Part shown: piece by piece, positions 23,938 through 36,159 of the stretch
How the letters are laid out: each line of letters begins with the position of its first letter
How positions within the stretch are numbered: the first letter of the stretch is position 1
From: Leptogorgia sarmentosa
Lineage: Eukaryota
DNA: 64,000 nt
Direction of reading: 5' to 3'
NCBI GenBank assembly: GCA_964658305.1
Contig: OZ210885.1
Coordinates: 17,546,001 to 17,610,000 of the forward strand
Translations under genes and position numbers: made by a program
The notes under the pieces: generated by a model
The model's input: only the letters and a program-made list of their open reading frames with translations
What the model was told of the DNA's origin: nothing
The model's database searches: none

Positions 23938-24352
23938 ACGCTACATTTATCAAAATACTGCGCACAAAATCTACGAATGTCGCTGGACATTTTTTTTAGC
24001 CATGCCCCTGGAAGCCCGGGACCACGCCCCATCGACCACAACTATCGGATATTTTGAATTTTGACCAACGTACGAAAAATCCTAGATCCGCGCCTGGGTG
24101 TATTTTCATATATTCGTGCTATGCCCTTTTGGTTTTTCTTGCTTCCATGTAGCTATGACGTAATTACGGAAAATGTCTACTGAATTTAGCCTGAACCAGA
24201 TGCATATTAGCGTAAGAACGCTTTGTATGATTGCATCCGGTAAATAACAGTTGAGTGAGTTGACAGAGTGGTTGACAGCGTGCATGTGTGATGGTTTGCC
24301 GCCATTTATTGTTGTAAAATTTATCAAATATAAATATTGATATTTTATTAAA

Positions 24353-27300
24353 TATGGACGGTGATGAATTGAAACAACTCGCGTCTCCCTTGGAGAGTGT
24401 TCAAGATTAGTAAATCGAATTTTATCTAATTCCGAAGATCATCCAGGAAGGGAATCTGCTAGTTCTTTGACGGCCAGCTCGCCCTCGACTGTCAACAACA
24501 ACACAGTTGCGAGTACAGTCGGACAAGCGCGGTTAATGCTGCAGCGGTCCACGATGACAGGATTGTGTTCTCGTCTAAGTCAACAAGAACGTTTACGAGC
24601 TTCTCCAAGATCATCTTATGATCCGGCAGCAGCGAAGCCAAAAAGGCAAAAATAAACAATGAACAAGCAAAACCTTTTGAATTTGCCTTGACGTACTATG
24701 ACGATGAAGACGAGTGCGACGAATATATGATTACCAGTAGTAATATCATGCTTAGATGATTTATTAACCTGATGACCACAGACAGTGAATCAAACATTAG
24801 GGCAAAAATTGGTGAGGCGATCAGACTGAAATATCCCTTGGTTTGGGAACAACGATTTTGTATTTCTTCGTGCCAATCGCCGTAAATTGAGAGTACCAGT
24901 TACTTTGCAAGAGTATTCCTTTAAGCAAGTGAAATTGCTTGCTGGCCAGGGTGCGATTTACATCAAAATGAAACGGTGGGTTTAATTGCCTTTGTAAGGA
25001 CAAAACTGAAAGTGATGATGATAGTGCGATTGAAGGTATTGTAATGTAATTTATTTATATTTAATTATACAATGTGAGGTGCTGTTGGGTGGAGCCATGT
25101 AGGTTCTTGGTGCCCATGGGGAGGGGGCAGATAAATAATAAATAAAAGTACATTTATGACTAGCCATGCTGCGCATGCAGTGCTCAAGTTTTAAATTGCA
25201 AAATTATTGAGAATGAACTTGCTTAAACAAAAAAATAATGCTAATTAATACCCCTGTTTTTAAGCTGATATAAGCTCATCAGTCTAAAACATTGATTCTC
25301 GACTTGGAAACATGTTAGGGGAAGGTCAAGTTGGTGGCATGGTGCAAAAGAATATCTTATTGCTATTGTGGGTATGTGGTTGCATGTCAAGAAATAATTA
25401 TTAAACATCATTTTGTCATAACTTTCTTGACTTATATATTGCTGTTGCAATATGGAAAAAATATTAAATTTGATATTAAGAAATAACTTTGATGATGATG
25501 TATTCGACTGACAAACAAGAACATTCATTTGATCAAAACAACCTACAGTCAATTTAATACAATATCACATGAAAACATGCTAGAAATAATTTACGGCAAA
25601 TTCTTCAAATTATTATTATAGAATGAAGAATTTAAAAAACAGCCTAACACCCTTCATTGTATCCCATTTGAGCATGTGTGTCAACTAATATCTAGTATAT
25701 TGATTTTATGTAACCCAACCCACTTCATAAAGGGCACTCAGTCACTTGCCTTCTTGCCATGCTTTCGCAGATGAATGGTAAATGCAAGAGGGGAAGGTAT
25801 GGTTGTGATACTTAGAACCATTGACACCTGAATGTTATATGTGTTCTTATAAGATTTCAAACTGCTATTGAGGTGTGTGGCAGTTTGCATCTAGCAATAA
25901 CTTTTCCAGTTAGTTCAGTCGTACAGTAACTTGGAGCAAAATAATTCAATCACATAGAAGTGTATTCCTCAAAAGCCTTTTTAATAAAGCAACACATGAT
26001 GAGAAATTTAAAGCAGAAATGGTAGATTTGCTGGGTTACTTGGATACTTAGAACTTGACATGTTCAAAAATGTTTTTGGGTATGAAATTTTGCAGCCCTT
26101 GCGGCCTCCAACATTGAACACTGCACTGACAACAACATGTACCTAACCATCTTGTCTTATTGGTATTATAAAATCACAAAATTTGGTCTTTTTCAGAAAT
26201 CTTGTCTAAGCAAGCTTCCAAGGTCCACTGGAGACAGTTGCATGTGATTGTGTGGATTATTGTAAAAGGAATGAGATCACAAATCCGATAGAAATCTTAC
26301 GGTATGTTCAAAGTTGTATTGTTATTGGCAGGCCACTGGATGTGGAAGATGTCACTGTCAGTCTAGAAGGTGAAACATCCTTTGTCTTAATTAACTGCTA
26401 TGATGTTTTGAAAACTGCACTTGAAGAAATAAAGTCAATCAAGAATCCAAGATTCACACTTGAACTCTCTTTCCATAATGAGAGTGCTCAGGATAATGGT
26501 GGACCTCGCAGGGAATTCTTCCGCATCTGTTTGAAAGAAATCAAGTCCACATATTTTGATAATGGCCTCAAAGAACATCTTACAGATGACTATACCATCA
26601 TTGGGTTGATAATGGCCCTTAGCACCTTGCAGAATGGACCTATTCCAAAGTTCCTTAATGAAGATGATCTCCAACCATTGTTTTCTCCTGAGATGCCTAC
26701 AAATACATGCATTGCCAAACTTCAGAAAGGGTTTGACATGCTTGGTCTGTGTCAAATAGGTCATTGTTTGCCAACCTTTCAAAATTTGCTTAAAGTTTCC
26801 ACTGTTGCTGCATTAACCAGAAAAAAATTGATCAGCCTCCTTCAACCAAGGTTCTCTGAAGTAGGTTCTAATGCATATCGCAGTGAAAATGAAATCTACA
26901 ATGTGTTTGCAAGTATACCAGAAAAGCTGCAAGTGGGCAACAAGGATCCATCACTCTAGAACATATCCTTCAGTTGTTGGTTCGCAACTTGTAGTGACGA
27001 AGAACCACTTGGTTTTGCTGTACATCCTTGCATTGAGTTTGTGGATGCATCGCATGAGTCAATGTTATGACTTATACTTATAATCAAAAGAAGAGACCGT
27101 CTTGCTAAGACGTCAAAATAGATCTATATATTACAAGGTTTTACGGCTAAGTTTTTTATACACATAATTACAATATTCTAATTTACCTAACTATTCATGC
27201 ATATATAATAGCGCACAACATCTCTCTCTACCTTTTTTTTAGTGCACTGTATATCTACTTTACTATATTACATTATTATATACTCTACGATATATATATA

Positions 27301-30300
27301 TATATTTTTTATTTTAGTAATTAATAAAAATATTGTTCACTAATTTGTCCAATAATTATAGTTCTCTACTAAGCAATTCTCTAACATTCAATTATATAGT
27401 CCATATAGTTCTCCAATTACAATACTGTAATAAATAGTTGGGTTTTTTTTTTTAATACTTAACTATAGTCCATTCTCTAGATAGTCCACTATCCGTATCG
27501 TGCTGGTTTATTAATTTTCCGACCAGATTTCGTTCTTACGGTAGTTTCTTCTTCTGGTTCTTCATTGTCAGTTTCGTCTGTCATATAACTCATATCGCTT
27601 CTGTTCTTCGTTTCTACTCTGTTCTTTTGGTTTCCTTTGACTCGATGGAACTGCAGCTTCATTAACAACTTTAACGTGTGATTTATCTCTTGTATAGATT
27701 CTGCCATTCTCAAATCGCACGGTAACGGAATGCTCTGTCATTCCAATTACGATTCCTACTTCAGGCCGTAGTCGATCTGTCCATCTGTCTTTCATCAATA
27801 CTCGATCATTCAATCTGATAGATGATTTCTTCGCATTCTTCTTTCTATCATAATACTTATTTGCTTTCTCTTTATATTTCTCATCGCAGTTTCTGATAAC
27901 TTTGTCGTCAACTTTTCTCTTCATTGTTGGAAAAATCTTCAATTTCATCTTTCTGCCAAACATCAGTTCATATGGACTTTTTGACGTAGATGGGTGAGGT
28001 GTGGCTCTATAGGCTACCAACATTCCTTCTATCTTCTCTTTGTAATCGGTATTTTCCTTCTTTGCTATCCTAATAGCTTTGTTAAGATTTCGCATGAATC
28101 GTTCACTTTCACCGTTAGCTCGTGGATGTTTCGGGGTGATTCTGTGATGGTAAAATCCCTTTTTCTCTTTTTCGCATGACGAATGGTGGAACTAAAAGAT
28201 CTTTATAGAACACAAGTCCTTTTACAACCAATAATTCTGGAGCAACTCCGTAAAATTTCAATATTATTGGATTGTTCTTACGTGATTTCCACTTTATCTC
28301 AAGAGGGTTTCAAACCATTCTCTGTGAATCTATGACCATAGAACTCGATTTCGTGTTTACCGAATTCACACTTCTTGTTGTTGATGGTAAGACCAAACGA
28401 TTGCAGTCTTGATAGGACTTCATTGAGGTTGCTGTTGTGCTCTTTCCAATCTCGCCCGCCTATGAGACAGTCATCTTGATTGTTTTTCACTCGGGGTATT
28501 CCAGCTAGAATTTCACTCATCCGTCGATCAAATTCATCTTGACTTGTAATCCAACCTTGCGCGAGGGTGTTATGCTTAAGGTTTCCCCATGGTGTCGTAA
28601 CAACCAGATACTTCTTACTCTCTTCGTCTATGGCAAACTGGTGGTACCCGTTGTTCAGGTCAATTTTGGAAAATATCTTGCACCCCGCAAAAATCCTGGA
28701 CAAATCTTCTGTCTTCACGCGGGGAACTATCCTTGTTCTTGAAGCACATTTGTTGGCCAAACGAAAATCTGCAGTAATTCTGACATCAGCATCAGGACCA
28801 CTCGATTTAGGTGTTATCACCAACGGGCTTGCATAGACAATTGGTTCACCAGGGTCAGTCCAACTCATAATACCTTCTTTTACAAAATAGTCCAGTTTAC
28901 GCTTCGTTTTCTCTCGTAGATGGTGAGGTATCACTCTTGGTGGTTGGATAACTGGCTCCGCTTCGGGTTTCATCTATATGTGCATTAAGATCGGCTCACC
29001 GTTGTAAGGATCTTTAAATCTTCCAATTCCTTCGAATAACTTTTTATGGGTAGACACCATCTTCTCCATCTTCGCGGTTTCACTTTTTTCGCTTGAATCT
29101 TGCATGATTCCAACGCTTTCTGTTTTCTCGATTTTCTTTACGCTCTGCTCTGCGAACTTTCCATCAGCGCTATATTGCACCATTCCATGTTCTAGTAAGG
29201 TTTTCTCAGACAATAATGGATAGCTGTGGATACCATTTTCCGTCACATATGTCTCTGACTAGGTTTTTTACTGTCTTATTTGATAACTTTGCACCTTTCA
29301 GAACGCAGATTATTCCCAGCTTAGCACCGCCTAAGGCTCGAATGGCTTCTTTCGGAACAGATATTAACTTTTCAACATCTGGGCGTTGTTATATCTTCTG
29401 AAAATCATCTTTTGAGATCAGTTCTACGTCAGCACCGGTATCTGGGTCAATGTCAAGTTTGACTCCGCAGATATTTACTGGTAGAAGAATGTTGCTGGCA
29501 TTCTTTCCCGCTTTCACTTTCCTGATATTTAATTTCAATCTTGCTCCTTTAATATCGATATCACTATCCTGGGAGGGAGATGTATCGTAATCTTTAGTGA
29601 CAGCTTTCTGAAATTTCTTTGATCTTGAAAACTCTGGGTCTTGTTCTGCAACACGAACTGAAGTGGTTTAATTTCCCACACGAGTTACATTGTTTGCCAG
29701 TAGCTGGACAGGTCTCATGTGATTGGCCATATCCACATCTAGAGCAATGTATTTTGTGGTACGTAATGGTCGAATGCCTGTGCATGTATGGCATTGTAAG
29801 GGAACAATAGGAGAGGATTATAAGGGACAATACGCAAGTATTTAAGGGTGCGGTAAGTGATTTTCAGCATTCGAAGGCATCTCCTCAACTCAAGCGGTTG
29901 AATTTTCTGTTTTAAACCCGATCTAGAGCGTTTTGAACCAGGCTTTGCCGGGAAGATTTTTTAATGTTTTTAGGCCATTAAGATACCTTGCCGGAGGAAG
30001 CCAGAAAAATTGGAAAAGGAAGGAAAACAAGAAAGGACCAGAAGAGAACAGAAGAGAGGGGGATGGAAAGTACAGTATGCGAACAGGACAGCGCTTGATT
30101 GTCCAAACTGGAACCAGAAGCCAGCAGACGAAAAAAAAAAAGAAAAAAAAGGGGACCTGAAAATTAAAGGAACTTTGTCCTATTCATTACACGATTTATG
30201 AGTAAATCAGTCATTGAACTCCTGTAACACAATGCTGCGCAATAAACACGAGATGCCCGCCTCCTAATAGTTGTTCTGTGTATTTAATCATGTAGTTTAG

Positions 30301-31463
30301 ACATAAAATGCTTTACACTCGGTCATGCAGTATTAGAGTGTAACTTCTGTTGACTTCCTGTGTGAAATGTTTTTTTCGGTGGTGTTGGATTCTCAGTATT
30401 TTTAAACGAATACATCTTTTTCTTTGACGATCTTCTACGTGATTTTTCTGTATACGTAGCTCGTATATGTTCGGATGGTAGGTCGGTCTTAATTTCAGAT
30501 TTCATATCCTCGGTTTGTGCTTTGATATCCTGCTTCATTGTAGCATGTTTCATGAAAGTTTTCAAGTCCCAATCTTTCGATAAGGCTTCGCCCTGTAACT
30601 TTTCATCTTCGCATGTTGAAAGCAATCGGTCCAATATCATTTCATCATCATAACCATGGAATTCACAATTTTTAGCCAGACGTCGTAGTTCAATTTCATA
30701 TTGGGCTATTGTTTGACCTGCTTCTTTTCTTGCTTTATTGAATCGATAGCGAGCATGAAGCCGTGATTTCTTGGGTATATATATCTTCTCGACTTTTGCA
30801 ATGAGTTCAGCATATTCGTCCAAGTCTTTATCATCTGTTTCTGGAGAATTTTCATCTATAGACAAAATATGTTCGCCGCCATGGACTAGTAAACACATTC
30901 TTTTGTCCTTCGGGTCTGTAATATCAAAATAGTCCATTTGTAGCTCGATTTTTTTTCTTCTCCACAATTTCCATTTTGATGAAGTTTCTAATATATCGTC
31001 GAACGGTAAAAATTCTTCGACTTCAATTGTAGCCAGTCTTCTTGACTGAATGCTTGATTTCACACACAATGCCAACAATCTTTATTTTCTGTTTCTTACA
31101 CGATTCTTCACCAGTTTTACTGTATAGTTTTATTGTATATAGCAATCCTCGTCGCCAATGTTATGACTTATACTTATAATCAAAAGAAGAGACCGTCTTG
31201 CTAAGACGTCAAATAGATCTATATATTACAAGGTTTTACGGCTGAGTTTTTTATACACATAATTACAATATTCTAATTTACCTAACTATTCATGCATATA
31301 TAATAGCGCACAACAAAGGCAATTCTTGTTGGTCCTACCTCCCAATGTGCAAATACTTTGTACATCCCAAAGTGTTCAGTAAACAATTCCACTTTGCCAA
31401 GTGAAGAACTTTTTAATGTTTACGATTGTGCCTTCTCGAGCGCTTACTTTGGACATATGTAAA
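24353..31463 (+). pseudogene. HECT-like E3 ubiquitin-ligase cargo gene (G2E3-like), multi-exon, split by a Gypsy element
   Basis: N-terminal exon about 24353-25035 (FVFLRANRRKL...LAGQGAIYIK). Exon 26197-27062 (FHNESAQDNGGPRREFF, LQNGPIP). C-terminus 31316-31463 with CANTLYIP and a YFGHM* end. Confidence 0.7.
27063..31315 (-). mobile_element. Gypsy LTR retrotransposon, internally deleted
   Basis: TG...CA LTRs at 27063-27220 and 31159-31315 (I see 1 substitution and 1 indel). PBS TGGCGACGAGGA; polypurine tract next to the 3' LTR. Gag 30323-31078, CCHC near 29650-29750, protease DTGAD near 29435, RT 28299-28973, integrase C-terminus 27489-28150. No RNase H seen. Confidence 0.9.
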
Positions 31464-31989
31464 TGTAACATTTTGTTTATTCTGGAAACGAAACATAATG
31501 GTCAAAGTTGCTGAGGTATTTTAAGATGACTGTTTGTTTAGATTTGGTTATACTAGGACTGTTAGTTTTCTGCATTGTTAACTAGTTCAGTTTGCATAAA
31601 AGAAGTGCAAAACTGCAAAATCAGATGGTAGCCAAGATGCTCATTTCTCTGATTTCTTTGTTAAATAAGAGTTCTATTAGCACATAACCTGTTACCACTT
31701 ACCATATATTAATAAATCTTACAATATTTGTTGTTGATCATTTTTACTCTGTCTGCATTTGTCCCCAGGCCATAATTATTACTCTAGAAGAACCTTATTA
31801 GCAAAGATCTCTTCAAATATTTGTGAATGTGTAAGGAAATATAAACCAATTGTTTTCATTTTATATAGTTGTACAGCTAGCCACAGCAATGGTAATGTTA
31901 TGCTGAACAGGTTAAAGACAATACACATTTTAACCTTTTCATAATGCAGTTTATTAACCTTGCTGCAGGCTTATTTCATAAATAGTTGA

Positions 31990-32440
31990 TACTAAATGTT
32001 ATCTTGATTGATCTGTCGGATGTTTTCATAAATGTCTATTCCCATTTCTGTGGATGGCATTAGGGGGTTGATCCTTTCCTCAACATATGATTGAATAACT
32101 TGATTGTCCACAGGCAAACTTACTGGAGGAACTACAACGTTGTTACTATTTTCAAAAGGAGATGGTCCTGCCGGACCCTAACCCTCCACCCTGGTCAGAC
32201 TTTCACGAACCCTTCTTCTCTGTACTTGTAAACCGAGTGACCTCAAGTGACTTGCTATGTATGTTCGTCCTGTTGTGAAAGCATGACGACTTAAATATTC
32301 TGCAACTATTTCATCTATTTCTGGATCTGTCAACAAACTGAACTGTTGGATGTTTTGCAAGCCATATAGCTGAACTCGACGATAGACAATCCATCCGGAA
32401 ACCCCAAACAGCTGGGAAATCTTTTGCCATGAAAACTCAA
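31990..32440 (-). pseudogene. IS3EU-like transposase remnant (N- and C-terminal parts, catalytic core deleted), convergent with the HECT-like gene
   Basis: LTDPEIDEIVAEYL...GRTYIASHLRSLGLQVQRRRVRESLTRV is joined directly to a C-terminal GPSPFENSNNVVVPPV...NPLMPSTEMGIDIY segment. Confidence 0.6.
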
Positions 32441-32447
32441 TCCCACG

Positions 32448-33180
32448 AAGAGGTAGTTGCAGTCAACAACAGCCTGCATAACAACAGAATGATATCCTTT
32501 TCTGTTTACATAATCAGCATGGTTCTGTGTTGGAGCGATGATTGGTATATGGGTACCATCAACTGCTCCAACACAAGCAGGAAATCCCCATTTTCTTTTG
32601 TATGTATTTATTATGTTTTCTAGTTCGTGTTGTCTTGGAAAAAACACAAACCTAGATTGCAACCGTCTTACCACTGCTTCACACACGTCTTTTACGCACT
32701 TGCATACAAATGAGCCTGAGACACCAAACAGATTTCCAATGGTTCGATATTCTGCTGTTGTTGCTAAAAGGTAATATGTGATAGCAACTCGTTTCTCAAC
32801 AGATATTGGCTCACACATGACGGTCCTTTTTCGCTTCACATCATCTTCAATGAGATCAACTACAAACAGAAATGTTCGTTTGGTAACCCTAAAGTTTTCA
32901 TACCATTGCCTGTCAGTAGAACGCTCGTCAGCCAGGTGAAACCACGTATCTGTGCGAGGGTGCATCCATAATGACCTTTCTCTGTGTACATTCAAAATAA
33001 GAAGAGATAATCCAATAAAATGCATTTGCTTTCTTCGTTCTCGAGCTTTAATATTCCGTACATTTCTTCGATATCGCTTGTTGCGGGTTTGCAAGTGACT
33101 AGTACTATTAACCATTAACCATTCTAGTACTTACTAAATTTGGTCGTGCCGTGCCGAAAGTGATGTCGTGTAAACAGGGC
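32448..33180 (-). mobile_element. PIF/Harbinger transposon fragment (one TIR plus DDE nuclease N-terminal half)
   Basis: ENFRVTKRTF, YRTIGNLFGVS, GAVDGTHIPI, YVNRKGYHSVVMQAVVDCNYLF. Terminus GCCCTGTTTACACG on the minus strand at 33180, next to TTA/TAA. Confidence 0.85.
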
Positions 33181-33252
33181 TTAAATGTAAATTTTAGTAG
33201 GTTTGGTTTAATTTGCATACTAAAATACTGAAATATGTTCCCACCTTTATTT

Positions 33253-33573
33253 TCAATAGGAGTCCACCAAATTGATATTGTCACCTGACTGTTGTTGTGC
33301 TGTTATATCATCATTCTCAATAGAGGAGTCCACCAAATTGATGTTTTCACCTGACTGTTGTTGTGCTCTTGTACCATCATTCTCAATAGAAGAGTCTACC
33401 AAATTGATATTGTCACCAGACTGATGTTGTGATAACAGTGGTTGAGGAAACATTGACATCTTGGGAATTTTCTTTAACAATGCAGCCTGCTTTTCTAACT
33501 TTGCCTTTCTTTTATTTCTGTTTGCAGCCCCAGAAGGCTGCCACCCACCCTTCACACTTCCAGATGAAGGCAT
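33253..33573 (-). pseudogene. Possible hAT transposase first-exon fragment with a 66-bp (22-aa) tandem repeat
   Basis: PSGAANRNKRK...IPKMSMF, followed by about 2.6 copies of QQQSG(D/E)NINLVDSSIENDxxxA. Confidence 0.4.
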
Positions 33574-33658
33574 ATGACCTGCAGTACGTATAGTAGTTAT
33601 TACTGCTGTAAAGGTATCACTTTATTGCTTTAAATTCACAAATTCCCGATAAACTTAA

Positions 33659-35249
33659 TGTTAACACTCCTGGTCTGAAAACGTACTATGAACGTATGTA
33701 CACCGTCCTCGCGGGCTCACTTCACCGCGTGTTACTGGACACTACATCCCTCCCCAAAACTAGTTGGATATTTAACATAACTTTGAACAGAACATCCCCA
33801 ATGTCAACGATAAACTACCTTATAAATCTCAATGCAGTGAGACGGCACAGACGCACAGTTCTAACCACTTAGTCCAAGCTACCTAGAGTCATTAAACTAT
33901 ACTAGTATTAATAAGTAGCTGTTTTCGTGTTAACTGAGTTGACTGTCAATATTGTATAAAGTCCGTTAAGCGAGCTGGTTCTTTTCCAATACGTGTAGGG
34001 CGCTGTCTCACTCTTACTTCTTCATCTGGCGCTGTTGGGGTGGCTGTATCAGATCTGTTACTTGTTAATGTGTGATTGCTTCGTCGTTAGCGTTATTCAT
34101 GTGATGATTACCACGTTCCAAAGTTTTTTTATCTGATTTTGTTAGTCTTTCTTCCTTTTGGCAGTTACGTTCGGGAGCCTTTTTGAAACATGATGTGTTA
34201 CGGGTAATTTGCTTGTCGTTTGCCCTGCTGCAATCATGCTTCCATTCTTTGCAGTGACGATATGTGGCTCGACACTGTAAAATGGAGCTAACTTATTCCG
34301 TCTTTTCTCATTCTTGACCAACACTGTGTCACCAACTTTAAGGTTGCAGGGTGTTGCATGTTTTCTTAGAATCTCGATCTTGGGTGGTTTCTTTATGACT
34401 TAATGGCGTGTTTAAAAATGTTGGAGGCGAAACCAGGATTCATAATTAATTGCGTAAACGTTCTCTGGTTAAAAAGATTTATTTATTTACGAGCTTTCGA
34501 CCTGCAGTCGTTGATGGGTAGATTAATAATGTGATAGTGATATAGGATGTGATACGAAGTGAATAGTGCTGTACAAAAGCGGTTTACAATTACATTTACT
34601 GACAAAGGACAATTATTGACAATTCCGCCTAGGTAAATATATTGTGTAGAATTTAAAGTTTTTTGAGCAAAAAACGATATTGTTCTGGCAAATGTTTAGA
34701 GTTGTTATCAGCGTCTTTCGTGCATGCAGTGTGCCAAGACTCTAATGTCGATCTGTGACGATAGCTTCCTTTGTCAATAACCGCTTTTGTATAGCACTAT
34801 TCACTTAGTATCACATCCTATATCACTATCACATTATTAATCTACCCGTCGAAGACTGCAGACTGGCAGCCGAAAGCTCGTAAATAAATAAATCTTTTTA
34901 AGATACGCAATTAATTAAGACACACAATTAATTGATGGCGTGTCTCTCCGTGTTGTCTGCTGGTTTTTGTTATATCTAACTGCTGATAAAGATTCATTCT
35001 CCATGGAGGCAGCATGTTTATCTGTAAGTTCCAATGTTCTGCCTATGTCCAAAATTGCAGTTCACGATTTGTCAGGCTCTCGAAGAGCTCTCCTACGAAA
35101 CCAACTGGAGCTACAATGCTGAATCACTTGGGACAAGATTTCCTTGTCAACATCGGTAAACCCACAATTCTTTGACAACTGTCTTAGTTCTGTAACAAAT
35201 TCATCCAGGGATTCAAAACAGTGCGTTTCGTATGCACGTTGCATAGTCG
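33659..35249 (-). mobile_element. Degenerate Gypsy element (short LTR 33659-33746, PPT, integrase C-terminus, gag fragment)
   Basis: TGTTAAC...CTACA followed by TCCCTCCCC (PPT). LKVGDTVLVKNEKRRNKLAPFY; ESLDEFVTELRQLSKNCGFTDVDKEILSQVIQHC. Confidence 0.7.
34443..34917 (-). mobile_element. Penelope-like element 3' remnant with inverted terminal duplication
   Basis: Arms of about 140 bp in inverted orientation (about 34443-34584 / 34779-34917) flank minus-strand IDKGSYRHRSTLESWHT...NNSKHLPEQY...*, a GIY-YIG-type C-terminus. The arms carry a degenerate hammerhead-like GAAGACTGCAGACTGGCAGCCGAAA. Confidence 0.7.
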
Positions 35250-35507
35250 CTAATTGTGACGAAACTGCCTAGTGTTTGCCTTATACTTGAACTTCGCTGC
35301 GTCAGCCTCCCGCTGGAGTTTCCTAGTCGGTTCCGAAATGTGTGCCTTTCCTTCGATTTTTTCCTTGCTGGCCGATTGTAACGAGTCAGCTAGAACGTCT
35401 AATCTTGTGTCAATGTAGCTTTTGAACTGCTCGAAACCCCCTTTAACGTCTGAGTGGCTGTCTTCCTGTTCCGAGCCCGACATTTTTTTCAATTGAGGTG
35501 CTTCCAC
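35250..35507 (-). pseudogene. DIRS/Ngaro-type gag N-terminal fragment
   Basis: FKSYIDTRLD...RKLQREADAAKFKYKANTRQFRHN resembles the FKxKxNxxQFxxN motif of YR-retrotransposon ORF1. Confidence 0.45.
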
Positions 35508-36159
35508 TTGTCCAAAACTAAAATTCCTTTTCTTACCTTTATTTTTAATTATAAATAACTCCGTTTAGGGTGCCCCCTTGGAAGGGAATCGCCTGGGTGC
35601 CAGCGGCTCTGCCCACCCAGAGCTCATAGGAGTTACGCCACTGTTTGAAGTCATTTAATTACACCCCAACAATCGCGATTTATCATATGTCTATATGATA
35701 AAACGCTTTTTCTCGTGTATTAAGTCGTACATATAATGTTGGGACAAATCGATAAGGAGTTAGTTGGCGAAAAAGACAGCATGATAAAAAACAATAGGAA
35801 TGGCTTCAAAATGAGTTTTGGATAAGATATGCTCTGAATGGCAATGACGTACTCGCCCTGTACCTGGCAAACCCTTTGTTGGAGTTGTTAACTTGGAATG
35901 TTCCACCTGCGCTTGTGACAAAGTCTTGGAAATACGATCTTTACTTCTCTTTCTCACGTTCCTTAAAGTGCCTATGAAACGAAAATTTTTGTTGCAAAAT
36001 ACGTGTAACGAGCCGATCCAACACAACACACAACATGGTCTAGATCCAACTTAACTTTATTTCATTTTCATTCTCAATTTATATTCTCTATGTCTAGGGT
36101 GTTATCCTTCCTTTAATTAATTGGAAAGCTATATTTAACATATCTCGGTTGACTCATCC

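Larger units (their letters stand above)
5745..24096 (+). mobile_element. hAT DNA transposon (P52rIPK/DUF4371 type), expanded by nested insertions
   Basis: Perfect 16-bp TIR CAGGCGCGGATCTAGG (5745-5760) / CCTAGATCCGCGCCTG (24081-24096). 8-bp TSD GGTGTATA (5737-5744) / GGTGTATT (24097-24104), 7 of 8 matching. Confidence 0.85.

Noticed and set aside
32330..33115. Host HARBI1 gene
   Set aside because: Truncated, adjacent to a Harbinger TIR, and the ORF tail reads into a different element.
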